Shown here one piece after another: positions 8,308 to 18,283 of a stretch of DNA of 61,675 bases. A program made the translations under genes and the position numbers. The notes beneath the pieces are model-generated. The model saw only the letters and a program-made list of their open reading frames with translations, was not told where the DNA came from and made no database searches. Location of the stretch: IMG/VR virus record IMGVR_UViG_3300037247_000790, positions 1 to 61,675 of that record; one strand, given 5' to 3'. The number at the start of each line of letters is the position of its first letter. Within the stretch, counting starts at the first letter, position 1. This DNA comes from a virus (Duplodnaviria > Caudoviricetes).

Positions 8308-9212
8308 TACGCACTCCGGATGAGAACGGCCCCGAAATCGTCGGAAGTCGGGTCGGCGTTACCTGCGGGCTGCTCACGCGGCCATAGGGCTTCCGAAACA
8401 TTGTACAGATCATAAGCCACGATTCCATCAGCAATGTTCCGGATAAGGAACTGCTCACGGACGGTAGGCTTGATCTGGCGAATGAGGATAATAGCCTCAC
8501 GGTGAAACAGAGCACAATCAGTCTGTCCCGTTGCAGGCACCCGAAGCAAGTTGCTTACGAATGACGGATAGGAGAACATCGGAGGAAGCTCCGCAGTCTC
8601 GATAGCCGACTTGCCGGAAATGAAGTCCTTGCTCGTCAGCTTGTCGTTACCGAACAACGAAGCAACAGCCGCAGGACCAAAGACCCAGTTGGCATCACTC
8701 GTCACACCGGCATCCCTCAAATACTGCCACGCACGCCGAAGGTTGGCATCCGTAAGATCAGCACCTAGAGTACCGACAATCTGACCGAAGCTCTGGAATA
8801 GAGCTGCTAGTGAGACCTCAACTCCACGCATAAGGGCATAGCCTAACCCGTGGGCAATTCGCTGACGCTCATCGTACTTCGACTGGACAGCTACAACTGC
8901 GTTAAGCAGAGCTGCAGCATACTCGTACGTGTCCACCGTAATCTGTTGGAAAGTCGTGCCTGAGCCACCAGTACCCACCTGAGACTGGAAGACAACGGTG
9001 TTCGAAACACCTTCAGTCTTCGTCTGGGTGTTGTAGTTGGCCCGAAGCGGAATCTCCAGGATTCGGCCAATGCTCATCTCGTCCTCGTAACTTGTGTTTA
9101 CGAGTTTCGAGAGAACTTCTTCGTACTCGATCGCGTCACGGGTGTCATCTGCCCACACCGTAGGAAGAAAGTCCTGGTGCGTGGTGGAGGTCATTTCCCT
9201 GTCTGTTACCAT
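8307..9212 (-). CDS. Major capsid protein (HK97 fold, P22/N4-like)
   Basis: FLPTVWA N-terminus, G..LEIP, ITVDTYEY, ALFHREAI; follows scaffold. Confidence 0.8.
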   Translation of the reverse strand: MVTDREMTSTTHQDFLPTVWADDTRDAIEYEEVLSKLVNTSYEDEMSIGRILEIPLRANYNTQTKTEGVSNTVVFQSQVGTGGSGTTFQQITVDTYEYAAALLNAVVAVQSKYDERQRIAHGLGYALMRGVEVSLAALFQSFGQIVGTLGADLTDANLRRAWQYLRDAGVTSDANWVFGPAAVASLFGNDKLTSKDFISGKSAIETAELPPMFSYPSFVSNLLRVPATGQTDCALFHREAIILIRQIKPTVREQFLIRNIADGIVAYDLYNVSEALWPREQPAGNADPTSDDFGAVLIRSA

Positions 9213-9240
9213 TGGAGAAATTCACCTTACCTTTCTAAAA

Positions 9241-10278
9241 TTAACTTACTCGTCTGCGGCCTAGTTCGACCTGATTAATGTATTCCTGCGCTTCCCTGCC
9301 AGTGGGATCAGACTTCTTCAATTCTTTGTAGTAGCCTGAATCATAGACCCCAGGAGCGGGAGCGTTTGTCGCACTCGACCGTGATTTGGGCGTCTTTGGC
9401 GGAGGGTTGCCTTTGGAGGCAGCTAACTTCGCCTGCGCTGCCTTGACTGCAGCAGAAGATGCAATCTTCTTCGCAACATCAGGCCGCTTCGAGGCACGCC
9501 CACGTTCGGCATCCTGCCCAGCCTCGAATGCGCGTGAGAACAGGAACCCAAACAGCCCGCTCATAAAATATGGTTGGGCCTGTGCAGCCTGTGCGGGATC
9601 GCCCTCCATTCGTTGGGCAGTCACCACCACTCGCTGCAGCTCCTGTGCCTGCTCATCCGTCAGTTTCGGCAGCTTGTTCTGAAGAATGTCAGTGAATCCG
9701 CCTTCGATGGCCCGCCGGTAGGTTCCAGAGACATCCGCAACGATGGCTGAGCCATAGTCACGAAGGTTTCCCTCGAACTTCTGCGGGTCGAAAACGTCTG
9801 ACGAGATCGACTCGTCTTTCTTGGCCGCTTTTACAAGTGCATCTTTTGCAGCGGCAGCATCGTCGGCCAGACCTTTGAGGGCTGTCCGCCCCTGCTCGAT
9901 CAGAGATTGAGACTCAGTTTGTGCCTGGGTAGAACGGTGTACGTCCTGAACCTGGCGATCGACCTGATCCTTGACCCGTGCCGAAATCTGCTCCTGTACT
10001 TCAGGTGTTGCAAGCACCTGCTCAGCGTACGCGGACGCAAATGCAGAAATCGTTTCGTCGTCTAGAGTTAGGTCGTCAGACTCTTCAGAGACCTCATCCC
10101 CTTCAGGTGCCGCGTCTTCGTCTGATTTAGGAGCTTCTTCTTCAGAAGTGTCCTCAGTCTCATCCGCTGCGGTGGCCTGATCTGTAGGCTCGGTCTCGTC
10201 TGTGTCTACCTTGTCTGTAGGCTCATCTCCCTGAGCTACCGTATCTTCCTGAGTAGAATTGCTATCCAATAGAGCCAA
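9241..10278 (-). CDS. Capsid scaffolding protein
   Basis: Acidic N-terminus, helical core, basic Pro-rich C-terminus; directly upstream of MCP; TTG start at 10278 inferred. Confidence 0.65.
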   Translation of the reverse strand: MALLDSNSTQEDTVAQGDEPTDKVDTDETEPTDQATAADETEDTSEEEAPKSDEDAAPEGDEVSEESDDLTLDDETISAFASAYAEQVLATPEVQEQISARVKDQVDRQVQDVHRSTQAQTESQSLIEQGRTALKGLADDAAAAKDALVKAAKKDESISSDVFDPQKFEGNLRDYGSAIVADVSGTYRRAIEGGFTDILQNKLPKLTDEQAQELQRVVVTAQRMEGDPAQAAQAQPYFMSGLFGFLFSRAFEAGQDAERGRASKRPDVAKKIASSAAVKAAQAKLAASKGNPPPKTPKSRSSATNAPAPGVYDSGYYKELKKSDPTGREAQEYINQVELGRRRVS

Positions 10279-10537
10279 TTGTAATCTCCGCCTTTCCGTG
10301 TAAATGATCACTCATACACAATTGTCGCGTGCGTCCCCAGTTATACAATAATGAGTTGTTGCCTATACCCTGAAAGAACACGTGACAAACTGTTGGATCA
10401 TCCCATACCTCATCAAATGTGGTACGAAGCCAATCAAGGAAATCAGGATGGTCAAGCGTACGCCAGTCTCCTTCATGTATGTCATTCCTAGTACGGATAA
10501 TACGCGAGCGGGCAATGCTAAAGTCAACGAAGTCCAA
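10262..10537 (-). CDS. Hypothetical protein
   Basis: First ORF after the promoter at 10562-10591; RBS AGGAGG. Confidence 0.45.
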   Translation of the reverse strand: MDFVDFSIARSRIIRTRNDIHEGDWRTLDHPDFLDWLRTTFDEVWDDPTVCHVFFQGIGNNSLLYNWGRTRQLCMSDHLHGKAEITIGSIG

Positions 10538-10561
10538 CTGTATTTTATCCTCCTACTACGA

Positions 10562-10592
10562 ATTATACCATAACCTTTACGTCAACGTCAAG
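10562..10592 (-). promoter_or_regulatory. Promoter TTGACG-18-TATAAT for scaffold/capsid genes with operator-like motif
   Basis: -35 at 10586-10591, TGG-TATAAT with -10 at 10562-10567; contains TAACCTTTACGTCAA identical to 5601-5615. Confidence 0.7.
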
Positions 10593-10593
10593 T

Positions 10594-13500
10594 TTAGTCC
10601 AACGTTCCCAATCCACCAAGACCGCCTAGCCCACCAAGTGGTAGATCACTAGATGAGCCAGTTAGGATCTCCAGCCCAAGCTGGCCAACATCACGCCAGC
10701 CCCACCGATCCAAGATACCGATCATGTCGGAATTCTGCCTAAGCCAAATCTCCTTTCGAAGACTTAGACGTTCTTGGTAAAACTTTAGAAGAGTATCAGA
10801 CCGTAGGTAGGGCTCGATCATTCCTTCCAAGATGACTGGATCAATATGCCCGTAGTGCTCAGTCAGATTAGCTGTAAGTTGCTGCCTAAGTTCTAATTCA
10901 TAATCCTCTGCAGAATCTGGTAAGTTAGGTCTCCGTTCACGAACTTCGGCCCATGATTGATCTCTCAGATCCCACCATCCGGCACGACGAATTGTACGCG
11001 AATCATCAGTATACTGCTTGACAGCAGAAATGTCTTGGAGATCAGGGCTGAGATTCGAAAGCAGTTCTGCTTCTCTCGTGGGACCAAGGCGGGAGGTGAA
11101 GTCGTCCAGCGCATCGAACATTCGCTCTCTCTCACGGGGATCGGCAGTTGCATTTGGAAACCGATCAAAGACTGCATAGTAGTCGAAGATGTCTTGAGCC
11201 AAGCCAGGTACATCAGGACGCTGATCCTCCTCCAGTCCGAGAATGGTGAAGATCGAATTGCGGACAACGGACTGACCCAACATCTGTGTGCGAATACTGC
11301 GAAAGGTTTCCTTGAAATCTACAAAGGTCTCTGGATTAGCAGGATTGATGAGATCGGCTGCTTGCTGAATCTGATCGGTCAGAACTTCCCTTGCTTCTTT
11401 AAGGCTGTCAAACGCTTGACTCTCCGGCGTTTGCCTACGAAGAGCATATTGTTCCTCAATCTGCTTAATCACCTCGGCATGGCGAAGTTCAAAGTCGTGA
11501 CGATCCAGCGGAAGTAGTTCTCCACGAGTGCGTGGTGCCCCAAACGGCAGATGGTCATATCGTGGCGTGCCGTCAGGACGGGTGAGTGCGATATGACCTC
11601 GTTCAATGTCATTGTTAATCACATCTAAGATCAGCCTAGATGGGGGTGTGTAACTCTGGACACCCGTACCGATCAACTCCGGCAGTGCGAGATGAGCGTC
11701 CTCCCAGCCGCCTTCCTCAATGACTTCAACCAAGGCCTGAAGGAAGAAGGGCGTGGTACGAGCAATGATCTCCCGCCTAACGGTTGTCCAATCACGTGTC
11801 AACCGCTCACCTGCAAAATTCTCGCCCGTTACGAAAATATCGTATAAGGAAGACAGCCCAGGAGACATCTTGCCTTCCAGGAACGATGCGACTGCCTGCT
11901 TCACGTCTAGATCAACGAAGTCATCAATGTCTGTCTTGACCCCAGGCGCCTGAGCAACTGCAGCTCCTACCCTGGTTACGAACCTGATCAGAGGCCCATA
12001 CCCACCCGTCAGGTCTACACGGGTTGGGCCAATCCGAACCTTACCCCAGTCAGCTGAACGGGGATCGTGCTCAACATCGTATCCGGCAGCCTTCATCATG
12101 CCTAAGAGAGAAGTAATCACACCAGCCGTGCCAATGAAGCTACGGGCTGCCATCTTCCGCACATAGGGAACATCATGAAAGAGGTAGAACGGTGCTTGCA
12201 CACGAGACGCAGCAAGACGAGCGGCGAACATCATCTGGTTGATGACCGGAGCGTGCGCTTCTCCTGGGCCTAGTGTTCCTCGTCCAGTCATACGATTGAC
12301 GAAGTTTGTCATGCCACCAATCTCATCCGAGTTGTAGCCCGCAGCCATCATCAGTGGGCGGTGTGTCTTCCAGATGTCGAATCGGAGGGAGGCTAGGCCA
12401 ACAGAGTAGGAGCGTGCAGTTCGTCGGACTGGATCGGACACAGTACGAACGATAGCTTTGGCAGGACCAGGAAGAGCATCGTGCAGATCGTCCAGGAAGC
12501 TACGCTTGCCTCGAATGAACAATTGCTCCTCAATTAGCTCCTCACCAGGGCCACGTCCGGCAGCTTCCTCCAATGCGCGAATCTTGAGACCTTCGCCAGA
12601 CTCCAGTGCGACCTTGTACATAGGATCGTCTACGGCTCGTGTTGCATAGGCAGCAGTAAAGTCCTCGTCTAGGAAGATCCTGGCCGTTCGCCCTACGAAG
12701 GGAATGTACTGCTTCGGGAAGGCAATGGCTGTGATCGCCTGCCGTCCAATTGCGGATAAGTCGCCCGCACCAGATAGCAGCACACGCTGGAGGTTGAAGA
12801 CCTTTAGGGCGTCTCGTCCTATCTTCGTCCAGAATGTGGTAATCTTCCCCTTAGACATAGCCTTGGCGAAGTCACTCCCAAACGCGTGCAGCAGGAGAGC
12901 CTGTCTTGATGGTGGAGGAGGTAGGCCGTCCATTAGCTCGTCCAACGCCTCCAACGCATTCTTCATGTCCAACGGGCGCTGACGGTAGGTATCCCGAAGC
13001 ACATCCTCCAGAGATAGAAGCTCCTCATCCGTAAAGTGTCCCCGTGGAGGTTCAATGACAGGTAACGCCCGCTTGCCTTTAAGTCCCTTGCTGAGTCCTG
13101 CAAGGACCCCCCCAGGCTTGCGCCCCTCTGCCTTGGCCGCAATCTCAGCCAGCCGTGCAGCTTTTGCTACTTGCTCCTGGAGAATGTCATGGGCAATCGA
13201 TCGCTGTGCCCTCTTCAACCTGGGTGCCGAGCGAATGATCGAATTCAGACGTTCAACCGTATCCGCCCCACTCTTAGGACGAGTCTTGAACAATCTCCCG
13301 CTGGGAAGCCGCCGTTCAGCCTCTGCCTGTAATCTCTGGAACTCCTCTGGAGCCACACCACCAGGACGGGCTGAGGGCGCGGCCTCCTCACGTACCAGAG
13401 TTAGTTCGTTTAACTTCTTGATTACAGGTTTCTTCCGTCCTGGTATCTCAACGATTCGACTACCAGGTCTGCCAGGAGCACCACCACGAACGGTGCCACG

Positions 13501-15723
13501 AGCGGTCTCACCCTTGGGGGTTGTGAATTCGACTAGATCACCCTTGCGGATTTGCTTGCGTTCGAGGGGAACAGCACGGGGTTCAGCACGTGCGGGCGCT
13601 TCCCCAATAGGACGTGTAGGAGCTGCTATAGCAGGCTCTTGGATGGGCGCTGTTGGCACTGCTTGAGAAACGCGAACATTTGCTGAATCGAATATGATAT
13701 CCGCCTTGGCAACGCCTACTCCCTCAGCACCATGATAGCCTTGCGTTTGCAGCTCGTCTACCAATCGCTGCATGTCACCCGCCGTATCAGCTAGGCCCAA
13801 CGTTCGTTGCACGTCTGCAACCACGTCCGGCGAGGCCATGTTGAGATCAGCCCGACGAAAGACAGAAACCGTTTCCTCTGCCTGTCCTGCGATTCTTGCC
13901 GCAGTCTTAGCTGATACCTGTGCCAAATCCTCTGTGGTGTGGAGATAGACACCAGGCAGCGTACCTGTTGTAGCCGTAGTTGGTTGGACTGTACGAGTGC
14001 TCCTAATTGCCCCCGCACCTATATCTGTTGTTCCGTGAAAGCGAATAACTTCACCTTCACGAGCGACAGGAACGCGAACTTCCTCCACTGCACGCCCAAG
14101 CCTAGCAACTTCTTCGGCCCTCTCAGCACCGCCATATTTACGAGCAATTCGTCGTACAATGCCAGGAACGGTTTCCAGACCAACCCTAGCACCACCTGCA
14201 GTGACAAACGCAATTGCTCCCTGCCATGCAGGGGGAGATTCATCGCCTCTCTCTTGAGCACCCGCATAGAATTGCACAGTGTTGATCAGCCCCTCACGAA
14301 CGAACAATTCCATAAGCTGCGGTGCTCGTTTTATGCCTCTTAGCACAGGTGCACCCAACAATGTAGAGGGAACAGCGATTTCCGCTAGAATCTCTGCAAC
14401 GTTCTCCGCCCAGCTTTCTGGTAGGCCAACTGACTCCAACGCTTCACGGAAGAGGGGACGAGTCAAGGGAGCAAAAACCATTTGCTCGCCTTTCGCTGCC
14501 TCTAGCGCTTCACCTCCGACATCACGAATTGGAGCCGCAATTCCTCTGCCAGCTTCTTTGAGTTCCGCCACAGCACCACCAACATCGCCCGTAACAATGT
14601 CGCCCAATGCCTGAGCAAGATCAATAATGGGAGGCTTTCGCGGACGAAAGAGTTCTCGTCCAATTTCCAGCGGCGCCTCAGCAACCTCCCGCAATCCGCC
14701 TAGAAGTTTTCCTTCCGCAAACGCTTCCTCCCCAATCTCTGGCCCAATGGCTTTTTCAATGTTGCCTAAGACCGGAACATCCGCAAAGACTCCCCGCTGT
14801 TCCCGTGTTTGGGCAGCCTCTTCGCGTTGTTGGGCTGAGTCAAAACGGGCTACGGCTGCTAGTTTCGCTGCAAAGTCAGGATCTTGGTTGCTAAGCTGAG
14901 TATATGCCAGTTGTAGCGCCTCACCATCAGACAGGTTTGGTGTCTGTACGCGGATAAGCGGTAGGAACCCACTTACCTGTGCATCTATATCACGCCGCCA
15001 TGCGTCGATCTGATCGGGATCGGGACGTTCGCCCTCTTCAATGTATATGGACATAGGGGGCTCGCCAGTTGAACCTTGCGTTGTCTGAAGAATGCGATTT
15101 GCTGTACGACGATCGGCTGCTGGAATCTCATAGATGTCAAACCCAGGTTGGTTAGCTACATCAACAATGTGCTTGAAGTCGTCTGGACTCATTCCTTCTT
15201 TTGCAAGCCCTGCAGCCATTGGTCCCAAAAGTGACTGCTCCTCCGGACTCATCCGCTCCATGTCGGAGCTGAATTGGGCTAGACGATATTGCCCTTCTTG
15301 CTCACGGGCACGATCGTATAACTCAAATCCGTTGAGATCTAGTCCTCGACTTGCGGCAATCTGAGCCACCTGTTGCAATATGTTGTCACGGGGATGTGCA
15401 GGCTTCATGGAGTCTACGAGCATCTGCGTCTGCTGAGATTCCTGTTGCTGCGCCTGCTGCCGATCCATCTGAAAGACTTCTTCTGCAGCTTGATCGGACA
15501 GCGCCCTTTCCTGCTGAGCAAACTGGAAAAACTGATTGACCTCTGTTAGAAGTGAAGACTGTTGCGCGACGTGGGTTTCCTCAGCTGTAGGAGGACGAAG
15601 GTTGAAGACAGTTTCTTGCTGCTGGCGTTCCTTTTCCTTGCGCTCTTCCTCGAACGCGCGGCGCTGAGCCAGCGTAATGGTAGGCTGTGCCTTCTCACCA
15701 AAGAGACCAGGAATTAGAACCAT
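10594..15723 (-). CDS. Large polyvalent/internal virion (ejection) protein with ART-like domain
   Basis: 1709 aa between ejection-like genes and scaffold; FHGT...GVYLHT...GYHG segment; DWGKVRIGPTRVD C-terminal region. Confidence 0.65.
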   Translation of the reverse strand: MVLIPGLFGEKAQPTITLAQRRAFEEERKEKERQQQETVFNLRPPTAEETHVAQQSSLLTEVNQFFQFAQQERALSDQAAEEVFQMDRQQAQQQESQQTQMLVDSMKPAHPRDNILQQVAQIAASRGLDLNGFELYDRAREQEGQYRLAQFSSDMERMSPEEQSLLGPMAAGLAKEGMSPDDFKHIVDVANQPGFDIYEIPAADRRTANRILQTTQGSTGEPPMSIYIEEGERPDPDQIDAWRRDIDAQVSGFLPLIRVQTPNLSDGEALQLAYTQLSNQDPDFAAKLAAVARFDSAQQREEAAQTREQRGVFADVPVLGNIEKAIGPEIGEEAFAEGKLLGGLREVAEAPLEIGRELFRPRKPPIIDLAQALGDIVTGDVGGAVAELKEAGRGIAAPIRDVGGEALEAAKGEQMVFAPLTRPLFREALESVGLPESWAENVAEILAEIAVPSTLLGAPVLRGIKRAPQLMELFVREGLINTVQFYAGAQERGDESPPAWQGAIAFVTAGGARVGLETVPGIVRRIARKYGGAERAEEVARLGRAVEEVRVPVAREGEVIRFHGTTDIGAGAIRSTRTVQPTTATTGTLPGVYLHTTEDLAQVSAKTAARIAGQAEETVSVFRRADLNMASPDVVADVQRTLGLADTAGDMQRLVDELQTQGYHGAEGVGVAKADIIFDSANVRVSQAVPTAPIQEPAIAAPTRPIGEAPARAEPRAVPLERKQIRKGDLVEFTTPKGETARGTVRGGAPGRPGSRIVEIPGRKKPVIKKLNELTLVREEAAPSARPGGVAPEEFQRLQAEAERRLPSGRLFKTRPKSGADTVERLNSIIRSAPRLKRAQRSIAHDILQEQVAKAARLAEIAAKAEGRKPGGVLAGLSKGLKGKRALPVIEPPRGHFTDEELLSLEDVLRDTYRQRPLDMKNALEALDELMDGLPPPPSRQALLLHAFGSDFAKAMSKGKITTFWTKIGRDALKVFNLQRVLLSGAGDLSAIGRQAITAIAFPKQYIPFVGRTARIFLDEDFTAAYATRAVDDPMYKVALESGEGLKIRALEEAAGRGPGEELIEEQLFIRGKRSFLDDLHDALPGPAKAIVRTVSDPVRRTARSYSVGLASLRFDIWKTHRPLMMAAGYNSDEIGGMTNFVNRMTGRGTLGPGEAHAPVINQMMFAARLAASRVQAPFYLFHDVPYVRKMAARSFIGTAGVITSLLGMMKAAGYDVEHDPRSADWGKVRIGPTRVDLTGGYGPLIRFVTRVGAAVAQAPGVKTDIDDFVDLDVKQAVASFLEGKMSPGLSSLYDIFVTGENFAGERLTRDWTTVRREIIARTTPFFLQALVEVIEEGGWEDAHLALPELIGTGVQSYTPPSRLILDVINNDIERGHIALTRPDGTPRYDHLPFGAPRTRGELLPLDRHDFELRHAEVIKQIEEQYALRRQTPESQAFDSLKEAREVLTDQIQQAADLINPANPETFVDFKETFRSIRTQMLGQSVVRNSIFTILGLEEDQRPDVPGLAQDIFDYYAVFDRFPNATADPRERERMFDALDDFTSRLGPTREAELLSNLSPDLQDISAVKQYTDDSRTIRRAGWWDLRDQSWAEVRERRPNLPDSAEDYELELRQQLTANLTEHYGHIDPVILEGMIEPYLRSDTLLKFYQERLSLRKEIWLRQNSDMIGILDRWGWRDVGQLGLEILTGSSSDLPLGGLGGLGGLGTLD

Positions 15724-15885
15724 TTATTTCTTACGTGGTTTGAAGTCGGGATTATGCTTCTTCGCCTGGAGAAGACGAACTTGAGCCTTTGCCTTAGATT
15801 TTGTTGTACCCTTCGATCGAACCTTGCCTGTGGATCGGTTGATAACCTTATAGCGTGTTCCGCTACGCCTAATTGTATACGGCAT
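15724..15885 (-). CDS. Small basic protein (MPYTIRRSG...)
   Basis: 53 aa, RBS GGAG, stop abuts the next ATG. Confidence 0.6.
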   Translation of the reverse strand: MPYTIRRSGTRYKVINRSTGKVRSKGTTKSKAKAQVRLLQAKKHNPDFKPRKK

Positions 15886-16330
15886 CCACATCTCTCCGAT
15901 TAGCGCAGGGAATTGAACAAAAACGCGGCCCGTGTGCCAAACCCAGAGGACGGTAGGAGTCTGCGCCACACGTAGGGCAGACTCGCAGAATACCTCTGCG
16001 CTGTGGGCCAGTTGTCTGTAGTGGATCAAAGACCGTGTTTTGGAGCTTCACGCTATAAGGGCGCACTTGATCACTGAAGTCAATTAATGCAGCAAAGCGC
16101 GATAGCGTCCAAACAAAGAACGGCTTCCGACTTGGCATAATGGTAGCATGAATATGGCCCATGCCCGTCACGCGCAGAAGTGCCGAAATGATCTCCAGTT
16201 CCGTATTCCCCACGGTGATTCGTCGTGGACGAGTTGCGTGTACGCTTCCCTCACCATCGATCATTGCACCCATCCAGGCTGCCTCAACTGGACTCATCTG
16301 TCGAATGTAACTAGGAAGAGGAGGGGGCAC
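15869..16330 (-). CDS. Free-standing single-motif LAGLIDADG homing endonuclease-like protein with Cys-rich C-terminus
   Basis: AAWMGAMIDGEGSV, ITVGNTELEII; CPTCG...FCSIPC. Confidence 0.75.
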   Translation of the reverse strand: MPPPLPSYIRQMSPVEAAWMGAMIDGEGSVHATRPRRITVGNTELEIISALLRVTGMGHIHATIMPSRKPFFVWTLSRFAALIDFSDQVRPYSVKLQNTVFDPLQTTGPQRRGILRVCPTCGADSYRPLGLAHGPRFCSIPCANRRDVDAVYN

Positions 16331-16645
16331 TTACCTGTGAACCTCCCGTAAGTCCTTGCCCTGAGTTTTCGTGGTAGTGGACTGCCCCTTCTTGGACAGC
16401 TCACCCTTGCGAGCGTGACCTTCCGTACGTTCGACAGTACCAACTGCGGAGGTGAAGGGGTCAGCCTTATGGTCTGCTTCTAATCCGAAGAACGCATTCC
16501 CATAGACCTCTGCCTGCAGCTCATGGATAAAGTCCCATGCCTCCGCACGAGTCGCATGCGTCTTGCCCATAGGAGTGTTGTCACGGGTGCGAATGGGCAA
16601 GTAGCGACTGCCCATTTTTATTACGTCGTATCGTTCGTCTGCCAT
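16331..16645 (-). CDS. Hypothetical protein
   Basis: 104-aa ORF with RBS AGGAG. Confidence 0.6.
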   Translation of the reverse strand: MADERYDVIKMGSRYLPIRTRDNTPMGKTHATRAEAWDFIHELQAEVYGNAFFGLEADHKADPFTSAVGTVERTEGHARKGELSKKGQSTTTKTQGKDLREVHR

Positions 16646-16654
16646 ATGATTCTC

Positions 16655-17347
16655 CTAGATTCCAGGTGGCCTGAACATTTCTTGTAAAAACTGTTGGTGC
16701 GCCAACGGAACGCCTGCTGACTGAAACAGGCCCTGCATTGCCTGTGTGATAAGAGGACTCGTATACCTGAAAAATGCCGGATTAAAAGCATTCAACTCAG
16801 GCAACAGTCCACTGGATAATCGTTCAACACCTCCACCTGTAACGAATGGGTTGGATGCAACGGCACCACCTAAAAGCCGTGCAGCCTCTGCATTCGCATC
16901 TGGTTGTATTGGTTGTCCATCCCCTACGCCTACAGGTGGCGGGGCAGTCGTTCCACCTGCCGCAAGACTACGAATATAATCAAGCATGGCGGGAAATACG
17001 CCAGACTGTCCCCCTGGTGTGAAAGGCTGAAAAGGTGCTAGTGCCTGTGTAAATGATCCTTGTAGATTTTCTGGAACATTCAGTGTCGTACCTGGACGTG
17101 CAACATTCAAATTTCGTAGGAGGCTTCCAAACGATGAGGGAACCTGGCCTGCACCTGCAGGTGCGGGAACATTACCTCCAAGTGCAGTCGGCTGCTGACG
17201 AAAGGGATCGAATTGTCCCAACAGATTCTGGAAGCCAGCATTATTGCTTTGCTGTCTAGGCTGCTGCTGATTAAACCGTTGGAAGAATAGATCACGCGGG
17301 CCAGCCGACGTATTAAACGAACCACCAAATGGGCTAATCGGAGGCAT
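16655..17347 (-). CDS. Putative ejection/pilot protein
   Basis: G/P/Q/F-rich low-complexity sequence; position between portal and large virion protein. Confidence 0.45.
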   Translation of the reverse strand: MPPISPFGGSFNTSAGPRDLFFQRFNQQQPRQQSNNAGFQNLLGQFDPFRQQPTALGGNVPAPAGAGQVPSSFGSLLRNLNVARPGTTLNVPENLQGSFTQALAPFQPFTPGGQSGVFPAMLDYIRSLAAGGTTAPPPVGVGDGQPIQPDANAEAARLLGGAVASNPFVTGGGVERLSSGLLPELNAFNPAFFRYTSPLITQAMQGLFQSAGVPLAHQQFLQEMFRPPGI

Positions 17348-18282
17348 TACTGCCCAAACCTTCGAAGAACGCGTTTTGCTTGTCGCTTGGGAGATGTTTG
17401 TAAGATCCCCGTGCCCCGTGTAGGTGCCCCATCTGCAGCACGTAGGCGCCTCGTTTCCTCGGCTATTCGCCGAAGTTGGTCTTGATCACTAATAAACCCT
17501 CGCAAGTCACCCAAAGGTGCTGGAGTTGGAACCGGAGAAACCTCAGTAGGTCGTTGGGCCTGCTCCAGACCAGCAATCTGTTGCATTAAGGACAACGCGC
17601 CTTCTTGGTCGCCCTGTTGCATTAGCCTCAATGCATCTACTGCTGTTGGCGAGCCAGGCGAGGTGTTAAGGAAGGGCAGGGGCGTGCCCGTGGCTGGCCC
17701 AATCTCAAAGGGAACAGCAGGATTATCGCCTGCTGTTGGCGAGCCAAGGGGAGAAGCTGGCGCCTGCACAGTCGAAGACACATCACTAACAGGAGTAACG
17801 GGAGTTGGAGAAACCTCAGTAGGCGATCCAGCACCAACGAATTGTGACAATCCTTGAATGAGACGATCAGCAATTGCACCGTATGGAGAGGGCGCCCCCA
17901 CTCCGCCTGTTTGAGCAAATGCTACATTTGGAGCCAGCGTTCCACCGCCTGCACCACCGAACGCTTGAAGGGCGGGTACAATGCTAAAAGGGTCTCGTTG
18001 AACACCTATAAGCTGATCGAGAAGGCTAAGCCCCAGTTGACTGCGACCTTGACCGGCAGCCTCAGCAGCGTTAAACGCATCAAGGAATTGTCCAGTCTGT
18101 ACTTGACCTCCACCAACGAGGAAGGGATCAGTACCCAGGCCCGACCCTGGTGGGGCAATCTGGCCTGTTCCTAGATCGCTAAGATTTCGAATAATATCCG
18201 TAGCCGTCGCAAAATCGCCATCTTGCAACGCCTGCAGAGCGTCTTCCAAAGTCCGTAGTCCACCAGCAGCTATTTGTGGCAT
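17347..18282 (-). CDS. Putative ejection/pilot protein
   Basis: G/A/P/Q-rich; start MPQIAAGG at 18282 inferred. Confidence 0.45.
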   Translation of the reverse strand: MPQIAAGGLRTLEDALQALQDGDFATATDIIRNLSDLGTGQIAPPGSGLGTDPFLVGGGQVQTGQFLDAFNAAEAAGQGRSQLGLSLLDQLIGVQRDPFSIVPALQAFGGAGGGTLAPNVAFAQTGGVGAPSPYGAIADRLIQGLSQFVGAGSPTEVSPTPVTPVSDVSSTVQAPASPLGSPTAGDNPAVPFEIGPATGTPLPFLNTSPGSPTAVDALRLMQQGDQEGALSLMQQIAGLEQAQRPTEVSPVPTPAPLGDLRGFISDQDQLRRIAEETRRLRAADGAPTRGTGILQTSPKRQAKRVLRRFGQ

Positions 18283-18283
18283 T

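Noticed and set aside
15869-16330. Group I intron or intein around the LAGLIDADG ORF
   Set aside because: Flanking genes look intact and there is no non-coding room for an intron core
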